A stretch of 64,000 nt of DNA, from the IMG/VR virus record IMGVR_UViG_3300042402_002841, positions 68,393 through 132,392 of that record; one strand, 5' to 3'. The position numbers were made by a program, and so were the translations under genes. The notes under the pieces are model-generated. The model saw nothing but the letters and a program-made list of their open reading frames with translations. It was not told the origin of the DNA and searched no databases. Numbering within the stretch: the first letter of the stretch is position 1; each line of letters starts with the position of its first letter. Shown here one piece after another: positions 28,478 to 41,679 of the stretch. This stretch comes from a virus.

Positions 28478-28848
28478 TGTCGTCAATAGTTAATAGATTA
28501 AAAGGCTCATCCCACCCAACACCACCTGGTGGGATATATGTAGGTTCTATAAAAACCGTTGCCCAAGATGGCCGTGTTTATGTAAATATTCCAAAACTGA
28601 GCAACACAATAGGTCCAATCAGAGTCGCTAACTCAAATGCAAATAAAAGATTGACAGTTGGAACTCAAGTTCTATGCGCTTATACAAACATGACGAACGA
28701 AGAAATGTATGTAATTGGAAATATAACCCCATCAGACATATTTACACCAGTGATTGCATCGCCAGTTTCTGGTCAGATACTTAAGTATGACGGCACAAAA
28801 TGGATTAACGGAACAGTTGATGTTATTGAAATACAGGTTTTTAGTTAA
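28477..28848 (+). CDS. Baseplate spike-like protein (gpV-like OB fold)
   Basis: IYVGSI...GRVYVNIP...VGTQVLCAY...YVIG. Confidence 0.6.
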   Translation: MSSIVNRLKGSSHPTPPGGIYVGSIKTVAQDGRVYVNIPKLSNTIGPIRVANSNANKRLTVGTQVLCAYTNMTNEEMYVIGNITPSDIFTPVIASPVSGQILKYDGTKWINGTVDVIEIQVFS

Positions 28849-28925
28849 AATTATGTTTAGTACAAGAAATTACACCCTACTCATCCTGTGTGGATGTTCA
28901 TTGATTTTTGTGAGATAATACAAAC

Positions 28926-29222
28926 ATGGACTGTCTTTCTTTCCCTATCAAATTTACAAACGAGGGTTTAAAAAGGCTGCCCGAAGGAAGTTTTGATTTT
29001 TTTAAACAAATATTGACAATATCAATGCTAACTGAACCTGGGGAACATCCAATAACTCCAGACTTTGGTGTTTATGACCCGTCATTTATACCCGTTGAGC
29101 CAGAAAATTTTATTTTAAATGCCGCAAGATTTGTGCCCGAGGTTGAGATTAGAAACATCAACCCAACCCTGAATGCTGACGGTAGTGTAGATGTTGAATT
29201 CTCTTTTGATTTGCGCAGGTGA
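28926..29222 (+). CDS. Baseplate gp25/gpW-like protein
   Basis: LSFPI...LTEPGEHPITPDFG...FVPEV. Confidence 0.75.
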   Translation: MDCLSFPIKFTNEGLKRLPEGSFDFFKQILTISMLTEPGEHPITPDFGVYDPSFIPVEPENFILNAARFVPEVEIRNINPTLNADGSVDVEFSFDLRR

Positions 29223-29227
29223 TTTGA

Positions 29228-30427
29228 GTGCCCATTGATTTTTCTGAATATGTATACCTTGTGCCTTTTGATGTTTCTCCAACATCTGTTTACCTTGACG
29301 CAATTGACTACGCAAAAATTGTTCTTCCAGAGTTTCAGCCAAGACAAGGAACTCCAGAAGATGCAATTCTTCAGGCTGTCTCTTACATTTCTGCATTAAA
29401 CATTGCTGCGATAAACAGACTTCCAGACAGATTGATGGCTGGTCTTGTTGGAATGATGGGGGTTGAAATTGATGATGGGGAAAAAGCGATTATTGATGTT
29501 GAATTTACCTGTATTGACAATTTGGGCACAACTATTCCGCAGGGAACCCTTTTAAGACATGACTATGAATTTTTAGGTGAGCAAAGGTCTGTTTATTTTC
29601 AGACAAACGAAGAGGGAATTATTGCTCCAGTAGACCCAGAAGACCCACTTCCTACGGCGATTATTGAAGCAGAGGCTATTGATGTCGGGGTCGTATTGCC
29701 TATACCAAATGGCACAGAGTTGACTATTGATACTCCTACATCAAATATCATTAGTGCGGTTCTTGATGCAACGGTAAATAGTGGAACAAACCCAGAAAAT
29801 GAAAACGATTATTTAAGTCGGGCTGTTGCATATTTAGGCTCTCTTTCTTCCTCTTTTGCTAAGGCTTCACAAATTGACGGTTTTGTTCTTTCAAGATTTT
29901 TATCAACCACAAGTCGGTGTAGAACTTTTGATTTAACAAATCCAGTAAGTGGACTTCAGTGGGATGACGAAAATGAGCCTGGGTATTTAACAGTTTTTGT
30001 TTATGGAATCAATCAACAATTAACAAACGACCAAAAACTTGACATTTTGATAGCAGTTCAAGAAAGAACAGTCGCTGGATTAAGTGTTTCAATTGAGGAT
30101 GTAAAACTTGTTGATTTGACAGTTATGGTTGAGGTTGCTCATTCTTCTGATTATGACAGTGATGTTATTCAAGAGAATATTGAAAATACACTTATTAACT
30201 ATTTTTCTCCAACAAATTACAGGTTTACACAGTCCATGAAACTTTCAGAATTTTATTCAGTATTGTCCGCAATACCTGGAGTTATATACATTAATTCACT
30301 TTCAGTTACACCTGGAGACGGTGGTGAAAATGATGGGGATGGAAATGTTGATTTTGACCTAAAAGGTTCATTGCCTCAAATTGCAATAAACGACATAACA
30401 GTCGGTTTAACATCATTGGAAGTGTAA
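29228..30427 (+). CDS. Baseplate J-like wedge protein
   Basis: TIPQGT, GTNPENENDYLSR and IPGVIYI. Confidence 0.85.
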   Translation: MPIDFSEYVYLVPFDVSPTSVYLDAIDYAKIVLPEFQPRQGTPEDAILQAVSYISALNIAAINRLPDRLMAGLVGMMGVEIDDGEKAIIDVEFTCIDNLGTTIPQGTLLRHDYEFLGEQRSVYFQTNEEGIIAPVDPEDPLPTAIIEAEAIDVGVVLPIPNGTELTIDTPTSNIISAVLDATVNSGTNPENENDYLSRAVAYLGSLSSSFAKASQIDGFVLSRFLSTTSRCRTFDLTNPVSGLQWDDENEPGYLTVFVYGINQQLTNDQKLDILIAVQERTVAGLSVSIEDVKLVDLTVMVEVAHSSDYDSDVIQENIENTLINYFSPTNYRFTQSMKLSEFYSVLSAIPGVIYINSLSVTPGDGGENDGDGNVDFDLKGSLPQIAINDITVGLTSLEV

Positions 30428-30428
30428 A

Positions 30429-31937
30429 GTGAAGACTTTACAGCGTCTTAGTAATGCAAATAGCCTTATAAAGTTTACTGTTGATTCATCTTCCGAATCG
30501 TTAGCAGCAACAGAAAGTGATTCAGATTGGGAGGTTGAAGGAGGAAATTTTAGATTTACTGGTGAAAACTATTATGTTTCAAGCCACTATGTTCTTGAGG
30601 CAACCCCAACAAACAACAGCCTTACTACACCAATGGTTGTTTCACTTGATGTAGGTTCAGTTTTTGATGTAGATGATGTAAATGAAAGTTTTGTTTTTTC
30701 TTGCGTTGTTTATTGCGGATTAAGAAATGTGACTATTAATGCAAAATTGTATGACGGACTTGGGCAAGAAGTTGAAGGCAATACAAAAGTTATTCAAGCG
30801 GGTTCGTGGACTGCTTTGCGCTCTAATGTTTTTACAAAAGTACCCTTAACGCCACCCAGCGTTGGTCAATATACGGTTTCTTTGACAATAGTAGGCCATG
30901 GAGGAGAAACTGTAAAAATCTCTACCCCAAACTTGGTTAACGAAGATTCTTGGGCATCAAATCCAGTCATTCAAAGCATGAGGCCATATATTCCTGGTTT
31001 TTATGAATCATACGACAGAAACGAAACAGACCCCCAGTATCCATTTTTTAGATATGTAGATGTACTAACCGACGCAATTGCAGACACCATGTTTTTGTAT
31101 TCTGAGTGGTTTCAGTTTGATTCAAGAGAAATTATACCTGGAGCATCAAAAGCAGACTTGTCAACCAGAAGTAGATTAACAAACTACCAAGCCGTATACG
31201 ACGAAAATTTAAGTTGGCTTGCTCAGTTTTCTGGAGCAAAAATTAAAAACCAACTTTATGTTGGAAATGCTGCAATAGTTACCGATACCGATGAGTTTAA
31301 AAAATCTCAATTATTTCCTGCAATATACGGTCGTGGCGCTGGAACTCAGGGGTCAATCAAGGAAGCAGTCGGCCATGTTCTTTCAGGAACAAAAACAGTA
31401 GTTATCGGCCAACATGTTGATGGAAATCCATGGATAATGAAAGTTGTAACAATTATTTCTGAAACTTCAGGTTTTGATATCCGCAACGATGTCCGTGTCG
31501 CCACAACTGGACCAATAACCATAAACACTGCCTTAAATGCTGGCGACACGATTGATGGCGTTATTCTTGCAAATGGAGACAGAGTTCTTGTAAAAAATCA
31601 AGTTTTTCCAGAAGAGAACGGTATTTATGTTGTTTCTGCGTCACCATCTAGGGCTGCGGATTTTGATTCATCGGGAGAAATGCAAAATGGTGCAACATTT
31701 TATGTTTTAGAAGGAGATGACAACAAAAGAAAGGCGTTTGAACTTTCAGTAACTGGAACAGTAAATGTAGGTACAACCGCTTTGACTTTTATAACATTCA
31801 AAGGTTCTCCTAAAGTTCTTACTGCTGCGGAGCCAGCAAGACCTCTGGGTTATTCCTTGATTCATGAAATAGTTAGGGAATTTACACTAACTCTTGGCGA
31901 TTTAGAATTTGGCATTTTGGGTACTGCTACTCTGTAG
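30429..31937 (+). CDS. Baseplate wedge (gpI-like) protein with an inserted fibre-type domain
   Basis: LSWLAQFSG, GRGAGT and ARPLG; insert VRVATT...GDRVLVKNQ...ENGIY. Confidence 0.6.
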   Translation: MKTLQRLSNANSLIKFTVDSSSESLAATESDSDWEVEGGNFRFTGENYYVSSHYVLEATPTNNSLTTPMVVSLDVGSVFDVDDVNESFVFSCVVYCGLRNVTINAKLYDGLGQEVEGNTKVIQAGSWTALRSNVFTKVPLTPPSVGQYTVSLTIVGHGGETVKISTPNLVNEDSWASNPVIQSMRPYIPGFYESYDRNETDPQYPFFRYVDVLTDAIADTMFLYSEWFQFDSREIIPGASKADLSTRSRLTNYQAVYDENLSWLAQFSGAKIKNQLYVGNAAIVTDTDEFKKSQLFPAIYGRGAGTQGSIKEAVGHVLSGTKTVVIGQHVDGNPWIMKVVTIISETSGFDIRNDVRVATTGPITINTALNAGDTIDGVILANGDRVLVKNQVFPEENGIYVVSASPSRAADFDSSGEMQNGATFYVLEGDDNKRKAFELSVTGTVNVGTTALTFITFKGSPKVLTAAEPARPLGYSLIHEIVREFTLTLGDLEFGILGTATL

Positions 31938-31987
31938 CCCAATAATAAGGCACAATAGATGTATCCCAGACAAGCGCAGAGGTTGCA

Positions 31988-32353
31988 ATGATTGCAGGAA
32001 AATACAATATTTTGTGCGAGCAGGGCTCAACATTTAGCCGTATCTTGCTAATTCAACAACCAACAGATGAAGACCCAACGGTATTTGAACCATACGACCT
32101 AACTGACCATACAGCAAGAATGCAGGTTCGTAGAACTATTGATTCGTCAACGGTTATAGTATCTCTAACTACTGAAAATGGAAGAATTTCAATTAATGAA
32201 GAAGCAGGTCAAATAAACCTCTCCATGTCTGATGAAGTCACTTCTGCTATTACATCAAGCGGAGTTTATGACCTTGAAATTATTGATGATGACGGCAATG
32301 TTTCAAGAGTTATTGAAGGAACATTTACATTATCTCAGGAAGTTACAAGATGA
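31988..32353 (+). CDS. Ig-like fibre/baseplate-associated protein
   Basis: QGSTF...YDLT..TARMQVR...GVYDLEI...EGTF. Confidence 0.6.
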   Translation: MIAGKYNILCEQGSTFSRILLIQQPTDEDPTVFEPYDLTDHTARMQVRRTIDSSTVIVSLTTENGRISINEEAGQINLSMSDEVTSAITSSGVYDLEIIDDDGNVSRVIEGTFTLSQEVTR

Positions 32354-32661
32354 GTGCTGCAGTTCCCAACAATGTAGTTGTTACTGATGAACGAAATATT
32401 GTTACGGTTGAACAGGATGCCCCAAATACAGTAATTGTCCGTTCCTCTTCTGGGTCAACGATAAATACGCGACGCTATATATATACACAAGGCGTGGCTT
32501 CTGCTGAATGGGTCATCACCCACAATCTTGGTGGATACCCTTCTGTAACTATTGTTGATTCTGCAAAGACGCATGTTTTTGGTGAGGTACAATATGACAG
32601 CACGACTCAAATAACCGTGAGTTTCTCTGCACCTTTTTCTGGATACGCATACCTAACCTAA
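32350..32661 (+). CDS. Small fibre-associated virion protein
   Basis: WVITHNLGGYPSVTIVD...FSGYAYL. Confidence 0.6.
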   Translation: MSAAVPNNVVVTDERNIVTVEQDAPNTVIVRSSSGSTINTRRYIYTQGVASAEWVITHNLGGYPSVTIVDSAKTHVFGEVQYDSTTQITVSFSAPFSGYAYLT

Positions 32662-32670
32662 GGCGGAATA

Positions 32671-33975
32671 ATGGCACAAAAGTTTCTTACAAATATTGAC
32701 CTAAATCAGAATCAGATTCTTAATGCCACATTTGAGGTTCTTGGTACCGACCCTAATACGGGCAACTTTGAAGGCCGACTTATTTACAACAGCACCACGG
32801 ACACCATCAAGGTGTACGCAAATGGTGCATGGCGCTCTCTGCCGCACACCATCGCATCTGGAGGCGGTTCTGGAATCGCTGAAGCGCTTACCGTTTCAGA
32901 GTCCAACGGCACAGTCACCCTTACACTTAATGTCGCAGATGTTGATTCTGCTGGCCTTCTTTCTTCAACATTCTGGTCGTTACTTAATGGTGCAACATCT
33001 GATGCAACTGTTTCTACTCTTGCAAAAAGAGACTCAAGCGGAAATATTAAGGTTGCCACCCCAACCGATGCGGCACATGCTGCTACTAAGGGCTATGTAG
33101 ATGCAGCCCGTCAGGGTCTTGATGTCAAGCAGTCAGTTCGTGCCGCCACTACAGCAGAAGTTAACCTCGCAAACGAACTTGAGGCTGGCGACACAATTGA
33201 CACAAATGTGACGCTTGTTGCTGGTGACCGTGTTCTTGTTAAGAACCAGGGAACAGCATCACAAAACGGTATCTATGTTGTTCAGTCTTCTGGCGCAGCA
33301 GTTCGTGCGACCGATGCAAACGGCACTGCTGACACTGGAACAGTATCTGGTGGAACTTTTACCTTTGTTGAGGAAGGCGCTGTAAACGCAGACTCTGGCT
33401 GGGTTGTTTCAAGCAACGGAGCAATCAATGTTGGAACAGACCCAATGGCGTGGGTTCAGTTTTCTGGTGCTGGTCAGGTCATTGCTGGAGACGGTCTTAC
33501 AAAAGATGGAAACACAATCAACGCTGTTGGTACAGAAAATCGCATTTCTGTATCAGCAAATGCTATTGACATTGCTTCTACCTATGTTGGTCAGAACACT
33601 ATTACAACCCTTGGCACAATCACTACTGGTACATGGAATGGTACTGATATTGCTGTTGCCGACGGCGGTACTGGTTCAGGAACTGCTTCTGGTGCTCGTA
33701 CAAACCTTGCAGAAACTTCAACTTCTGGTCAAACAACCTCTACTGCAGTTCTTGCAAGAGTCGTCCATCAGGCCTGTGCTGCTTCTTCGGTTGGTGTTTC
33801 AACCACAACAGTTACGCACAACTTTGGCACAAAGAATGTGACCGTTCAGGTTTACCAAGTGTCAACTGGCGAGACAGTTAACTGCGATGTTGTTCGCTCA
33901 AGCAATGATGCTGTTGTTGTTACAATGAATGGGACAATCTCGGCTGACGATTTCCATATCGTAGTAACAGGTTGA
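32671..33975 (+). CDS. Tail fibre / decoration protein
   Basis: AATKGYVD, DVKQSVRAATT...GDRVLVKNQ..QNGIY, GGTG..ARTNL and THNFGT. Confidence 0.75.
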   Translation: MAQKFLTNIDLNQNQILNATFEVLGTDPNTGNFEGRLIYNSTTDTIKVYANGAWRSLPHTIASGGGSGIAEALTVSESNGTVTLTLNVADVDSAGLLSSTFWSLLNGATSDATVSTLAKRDSSGNIKVATPTDAAHAATKGYVDAARQGLDVKQSVRAATTAEVNLANELEAGDTIDTNVTLVAGDRVLVKNQGTASQNGIYVVQSSGAAVRATDANGTADTGTVSGGTFTFVEEGAVNADSGWVVSSNGAINVGTDPMAWVQFSGAGQVIAGDGLTKDGNTINAVGTENRISVSANAIDIASTYVGQNTITTLGTITTGTWNGTDIAVADGGTGSGTASGARTNLAETSTSGQTTSTAVLARVVHQACAASSVGVSTTTVTHNFGTKNVTVQVYQVSTGETVNCDVVRSSNDAVVVTMNGTISADDFHIVVTG

Positions 33976-34019
33976 TAATTTGCCCTGAGGGGCACACAAT
34001 GTAGGAAGCGATTGAGGTC

Positions 34020-37694
<3,675 letters not shown>

Positions 37695-37701
37695 GTAAAC
37701 A

Positions 37702-38040
37702 ATGACTATCGCAATTGCAAGACTTGCAAAAACACCAATTGACTCAACTGAAGAAGTTGTGTACCAAGTTCCATCTGGCGGCGGAGCCACTGCTACGCAG
37801 TTAATTTTTTGCAATACCAGTTCATCAAATGTAACTATCAATATTGCAATAACAAGCAGTTCTGCAACATCAACTGTTGCCAGTGACCGCATTTTTAGCG
37901 AGATGGCGCTTACTGGAAATGAAACAATGATGATTTCTTCCGACATTATGCTTTTAAGTGGTGAAAAAGTGTGGGCAAGTGCTTCCGTAGATGATGTTGT
38001 TAACTTCTTCATGTCGGGAATTGAAGACACTCCAGAATGA
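37702..38040 (+). CDS. Small fibre-associated protein
   Basis: VYQVPS...IFCN...LLSGEKV...SGIE. Confidence 0.6.
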   Translation: MTIAIARLAKTPIDSTEEVVYQVPSGGGATATQLIFCNTSSSNVTINIAITSSSATSTVASDRIFSEMALTGNETMMISSDIMLLSGEKVWASASVDDVVNFFMSGIEDTPE

Positions 38041-38046
38041 GGAATA

Positions 38047-38778
38047 ATGGCAAGACGATTTACTAGCATTCAAAGAATGAATGTGCCAAATCCGATGGCA
38101 CAGTTTCTTGATGCGGCTGACCCTATTTACGGCACGGGTGTAGACGGTAATGTCACCCTTGATGGCTCAACAACAATCCTTGGAATGGAGCCAGCATCTA
38201 GTAAATACACAATGACTTCTGATTTGTATTTCCATAACCTGACACTCAATGCAAATATCCACCTGCAAACAAACGGTTATCGTTTATTCGTAAAAAATCA
38301 ATTAAACATGGCTAACGGGTCAAGAATTGGATTTACTACTGGCTTCGCTACTGCTGGCTCAATTGCTCAGGGCGGTGGGGTTCTCGGAGCAGTAACAAAC
38401 AGTCTTGGTGGGGCAGGACTAAATGTGGCAACTGCCGTAACGGCAACTGCACCAACAGAGGCTCTTGGGGGCGCAAAGTATTACACAATCCCTCATCAAG
38501 CAGTGAGAGGGTGGGCGGCTACCGCTTCTGCTACTACCCCAACATTTGTAAGAGGAGGAGCAGGTGGTTTAGGACAGGCTGGCGGTGGAGTGGTAATCAT
38601 CGCCGCAAGATATATAACCGTCACCTCTGGTACTGCCGTTATTTCTGCTCCCGCAACCGCCCCTGCTGGTGGCGGAGTAATTCTCATTGTCTCTTCTCAC
38701 TCGGCACTTCCAGCAGGTCTCACTACTGATGTGACTGGGCAAAATCCTGGCACCGTCAACTACATGCAACTGGTGTGA
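38047..38778 (+). CDS. Gly-rich fibre-tip/adhesin-like protein (short paralogue)
   Basis: IYGTGVDG, TNGYRLFV and GGGVVIIAAR; paralogous to the next gene. Confidence 0.6.
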   Translation: MARRFTSIQRMNVPNPMAQFLDAADPIYGTGVDGNVTLDGSTTILGMEPASSKYTMTSDLYFHNLTLNANIHLQTNGYRLFVKNQLNMANGSRIGFTTGFATAGSIAQGGGVLGAVTNSLGGAGLNVATAVTATAPTEALGGAKYYTIPHQAVRGWAATASATTPTFVRGGAGGLGQAGGGVVIIAARYITVTSGTAVISAPATAPAGGGVILIVSSHSALPAGLTTDVTGQNPGTVNYMQLV

Positions 38779-38781
38779 TGT

Positions 38782-40413
38782 ATGGAGCGAGTAAATAAGA
38801 CAATCGTCCAGAGAGCGGGCAATGACGCCATCTATGGAAACGGGTCCGATGGAGATGCAACGGTTAATGAAGATGTAATAATTACCTCAGATATGTACTA
38901 TAGAAACCTGACTATTACAGGCACTGGGTTTTTAAGAACAAACGGGTTTCGCGTTTTTGTGCAAAACACACTTAATATCCAGTCTGGTGGACAGATAGGT
39001 ATTGGTCTATCTGGGGGGAACGACCCTTCTGATGTTTCTAATGGAACAGTCGCTGGTCATGCAACTTCATCTATTTCGTATCGTCTTGGCGGTCAAGGTG
39101 GTGGTGGTACCGACCCAAACATTCCCACTCTTCCATCTTTTCTTCTTAAAGACATCAATGTTTTGTCTCAAGGATTATTCTTTGACCCAGCACTTGGAGT
39201 GGTCGCTTTACGGGGTGGCTCCAAGGGGACTACTGGTTCTGCTGGGGCAACAACACCCGCTTTAACCAATTCGGATTCATGGCCTGGTAAGGCTGGTGCG
39301 GCTGGGTCGCCAGGAAGCACAAGCAACTATGGAACAGTAAACCCAAATGCAAGTACGGTCGGTGTTCCTGGCGGTAGGGGGAATCCTGGAAGTGATGGAA
39401 ACGCAACTGGGGCAACACCTGGACTTGGTGGGGCTGGAGGTTCGGGCGGCTCAGGCGGTCCTGTTGTTTGTGTAATTGCAAGAATTATTACTGGTTCTGG
39501 CTCTATTGTTTCTAGGGGAAAACTAGGTTCTGCGGGCTCGTCTGGGTTAACTGGAAACCCTGGAACACAAGGAGCAAATGGTTCTCCAGCCCCAAATAGT
39601 TCACACCACACTCCTAACCCACACCACCATGTGGCTCCTAGTAGAAATTTTAGTTTTACTCACTCTTCAAGTCAGCACTCAGACCTGTTTATGCATTGGG
39701 TAAAAGCGGCAAATCATCACAACCCAGCGGCACATACTGCAGCAAGCGGTAAGACCCCTGCACACCACAGGCCAGCCGCATTCCATGAAAATCCCCACCA
39801 TCACCACACTGGTGGATTTCATAACCCAACAAATGATGGAACATTCGGCGGTCAGGCGCACTGGTTTTCTAACTCATGGCATGCGAGATATCAAGTGCAC
39901 CACGCAACTCCCATATCTTTTGTTTTTCGCAAATCTGCTGGTCACTCAAGTGGGAGCGATGTCAACTCACAGGCAGGAAATGGAACCCATAACTTGGTTT
40001 TCTGGCACAATCATCTAGGTGGAGACAATCAAAATGTTGCGTGGGGTAGGTCGCTTATCCATAGTCCAATTTTCCATAGTTTTACTGGGCCTCATGTCCA
40101 TACGCCAGCACATACCGTTAACCCAAACTGGACTCACCATACAAATCCAGATGCCGCCCAAACGCCAGCGGCAGTAGATACAGTTTTTCCTGGTGGTGCG
40201 GGTGGTGTAAACAATGGAACCACAACAGGCGTTCGTGCCCCAGCAGTGACTGGGGGCACGGGTAAGCCTGGCGGTAGCGGTGGAGGCGGAGTCGTATTGG
40301 TTATAACAGACAGTGTTTCTGGTACTATTACCTACGATACAAGCGCGCGAACACCTACGGAATCAGACAGTGTTAGCGCTACCGATGGCGCAGCGTATAT
40401 TCTTATAAATTAA
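38782..40413 (+). CDS. Gly-rich adhesin-like protein with a His-rich insertion
   Basis: Same scaffold as the previous gene plus polyglycine runs and an insert of about 185 aa with about 34 His. Confidence 0.65.
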   Translation: MERVNKTIVQRAGNDAIYGNGSDGDATVNEDVIITSDMYYRNLTITGTGFLRTNGFRVFVQNTLNIQSGGQIGIGLSGGNDPSDVSNGTVAGHATSSISYRLGGQGGGGTDPNIPTLPSFLLKDINVLSQGLFFDPALGVVALRGGSKGTTGSAGATTPALTNSDSWPGKAGAAGSPGSTSNYGTVNPNASTVGVPGGRGNPGSDGNATGATPGLGGAGGSGGSGGPVVCVIARIITGSGSIVSRGKLGSAGSSGLTGNPGTQGANGSPAPNSSHHTPNPHHHVAPSRNFSFTHSSSQHSDLFMHWVKAANHHNPAAHTAASGKTPAHHRPAAFHENPHHHHTGGFHNPTNDGTFGGQAHWFSNSWHARYQVHHATPISFVFRKSAGHSSGSDVNSQAGNGTHNLVFWHNHLGGDNQNVAWGRSLIHSPIFHSFTGPHVHTPAHTVNPNWTHHTNPDAAQTPAAVDTVFPGGAGGVNNGTTTGVRAPAVTGGTGKPGGSGGGGVVLVITDSVSGTITYDTSARTPTESDSVSATDGAAYILIN

Positions 40414-40425
40414 CGGGAGAAAATA

Positions 40426-40662
40426 ATGGATTTTGGATTAACCACAGAACAGAAGCGCACCATACTTCTGTCGTCAAAAACAAACATTCTTAACGACATG
40501 TATGTTTTGTTGATTAGAATCGGAGTTGACCCAGATACATTTGACGGTTCACTTGACCTCCCCGAGGACGATTCTTCAATCCGTGGGGAAAGATTGCGCA
40601 TTGAAAAACTGGTGCAATCTCTTGAGTTGATTAACACAAAACTAGAAGACCTTGAGGTATAG
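40426..40662 (+). CDS. Small protein, paralogue of 43950..44207
   Basis: Shared Y..L..(I/L)G(V/I)DPD(T/S)F motif. Confidence 0.6.
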   Translation: MDFGLTTEQKRTILLSSKTNILNDMYVLLIRIGVDPDTFDGSLDLPEDDSSIRGERLRIEKLVQSLELINTKLEDLEV

Positions 40663-40671
40663 TTTCGCTTT

Positions 40672-41094
40672 GTGAAACTTTTTGTCTACTGCCCTGAGCA
40701 GTATAATAATCAATCAGGCTCTCCAGAGTGGGAATTCGCTTTAGATTTGTCAAAAAATTCTAAGTTGCCAATAGTTTCCAATATAGAGACTTTTAAACAT
40801 ATAGAAAAACCACAAGTTATTTCTGTTCCAGAGAAACAAATTTACAACATTGAGAAAACCGTAAAATCTGGATTCATACATTCAATTGACATAACTGACG
40901 AGTTTTACGAAATTCAAAAATCAATAGTTGCTTGCTTTACCCATGAAGATGGCGGAACATACCAAGAAGTGCCAATTATTAAGGAAAAGCACAAAGCAAA
41001 ATTTAGGGTCCGACATTACAAAAGTGGCGAATACACTGTCATTGTAAGAGATGAACAAAAAGAGTTTATTAATGATAGTTTTAAGGTTGTATGA
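40672..41094 (+). CDS. Hypothetical protein
   Basis: 140-aa ORF coupled to the oxygenase gene. Confidence 0.6.
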   Translation: MKLFVYCPEQYNNQSGSPEWEFALDLSKNSKLPIVSNIETFKHIEKPQVISVPEKQIYNIEKTVKSGFIHSIDITDEFYEIQKSIVACFTHEDGGTYQEVPIIKEKHKAKFRVRHYKSGEYTVIVRDEQKEFINDSFKVV

Positions 41095-41672
41095 AAGTAG
41101 AAAAACCGAACACCTGCATCAATGTCTATAAAGATGTTTTTTCGGCAGAACATTCTTTAGAGTTTATTAAAATGCTTGAAAAAGAAACAGAAAATGAATG
41201 GTCAGACCTTGAGTGGGGAAATTCAGGTACTGGCTCTGGGTTTGTGACTCAAGTAAGAACATCGTTGGGATGCCTATTAGTGTCGCTATTTAGGCCATAT
41301 GAACCTACTGAATTGTCGGAGTATTTTCACCAAAATATATTTTCACATGTAGAAGAAGTTGTCCGTGATTACATTCAGGAGAATGTATTACACGAGGGCG
41401 TTCACGAGCCATATAGCGTTTTAAAATACTACGAAAATACCGAATACCATGCCCACTATGACCACTTTAGAGATAACCGCAGGGCATTTAGTGTTGTGGC
41501 AAATTTGATGGCACCAGAAGAGGGTGGAGAACTGGAGTTTCCACGAATGGATGTTTCAATTAAACCAGAAATCGGCTCTGTAGTTATTTTTCCAAGCAAC
41601 TTCCCTTACCTGCATATTGCGCACCCAGTAAAATCTGGACTAAAATACTCACTTGTATCCTGGTACTCGTAA
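41091..41672 (+). CDS. 2OG-Fe(II) oxygenase, prolyl-4-hydroxylase-like
   Basis: HYD...EGGELEF...VIFPSNFPYLH...V..G.KYSLVSW. Confidence 0.88.
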   Translation: MKVEKPNTCINVYKDVFSAEHSLEFIKMLEKETENEWSDLEWGNSGTGSGFVTQVRTSLGCLLVSLFRPYEPTELSEYFHQNIFSHVEEVVRDYIQENVLHEGVHEPYSVLKYYENTEYHAHYDHFRDNRRAFSVVANLMAPEEGGELEFPRMDVSIKPEIGSVVIFPSNFPYLHIAHPVKSGLKYSLVSWYS

Positions 41673-41679
41673 GGAAAAA

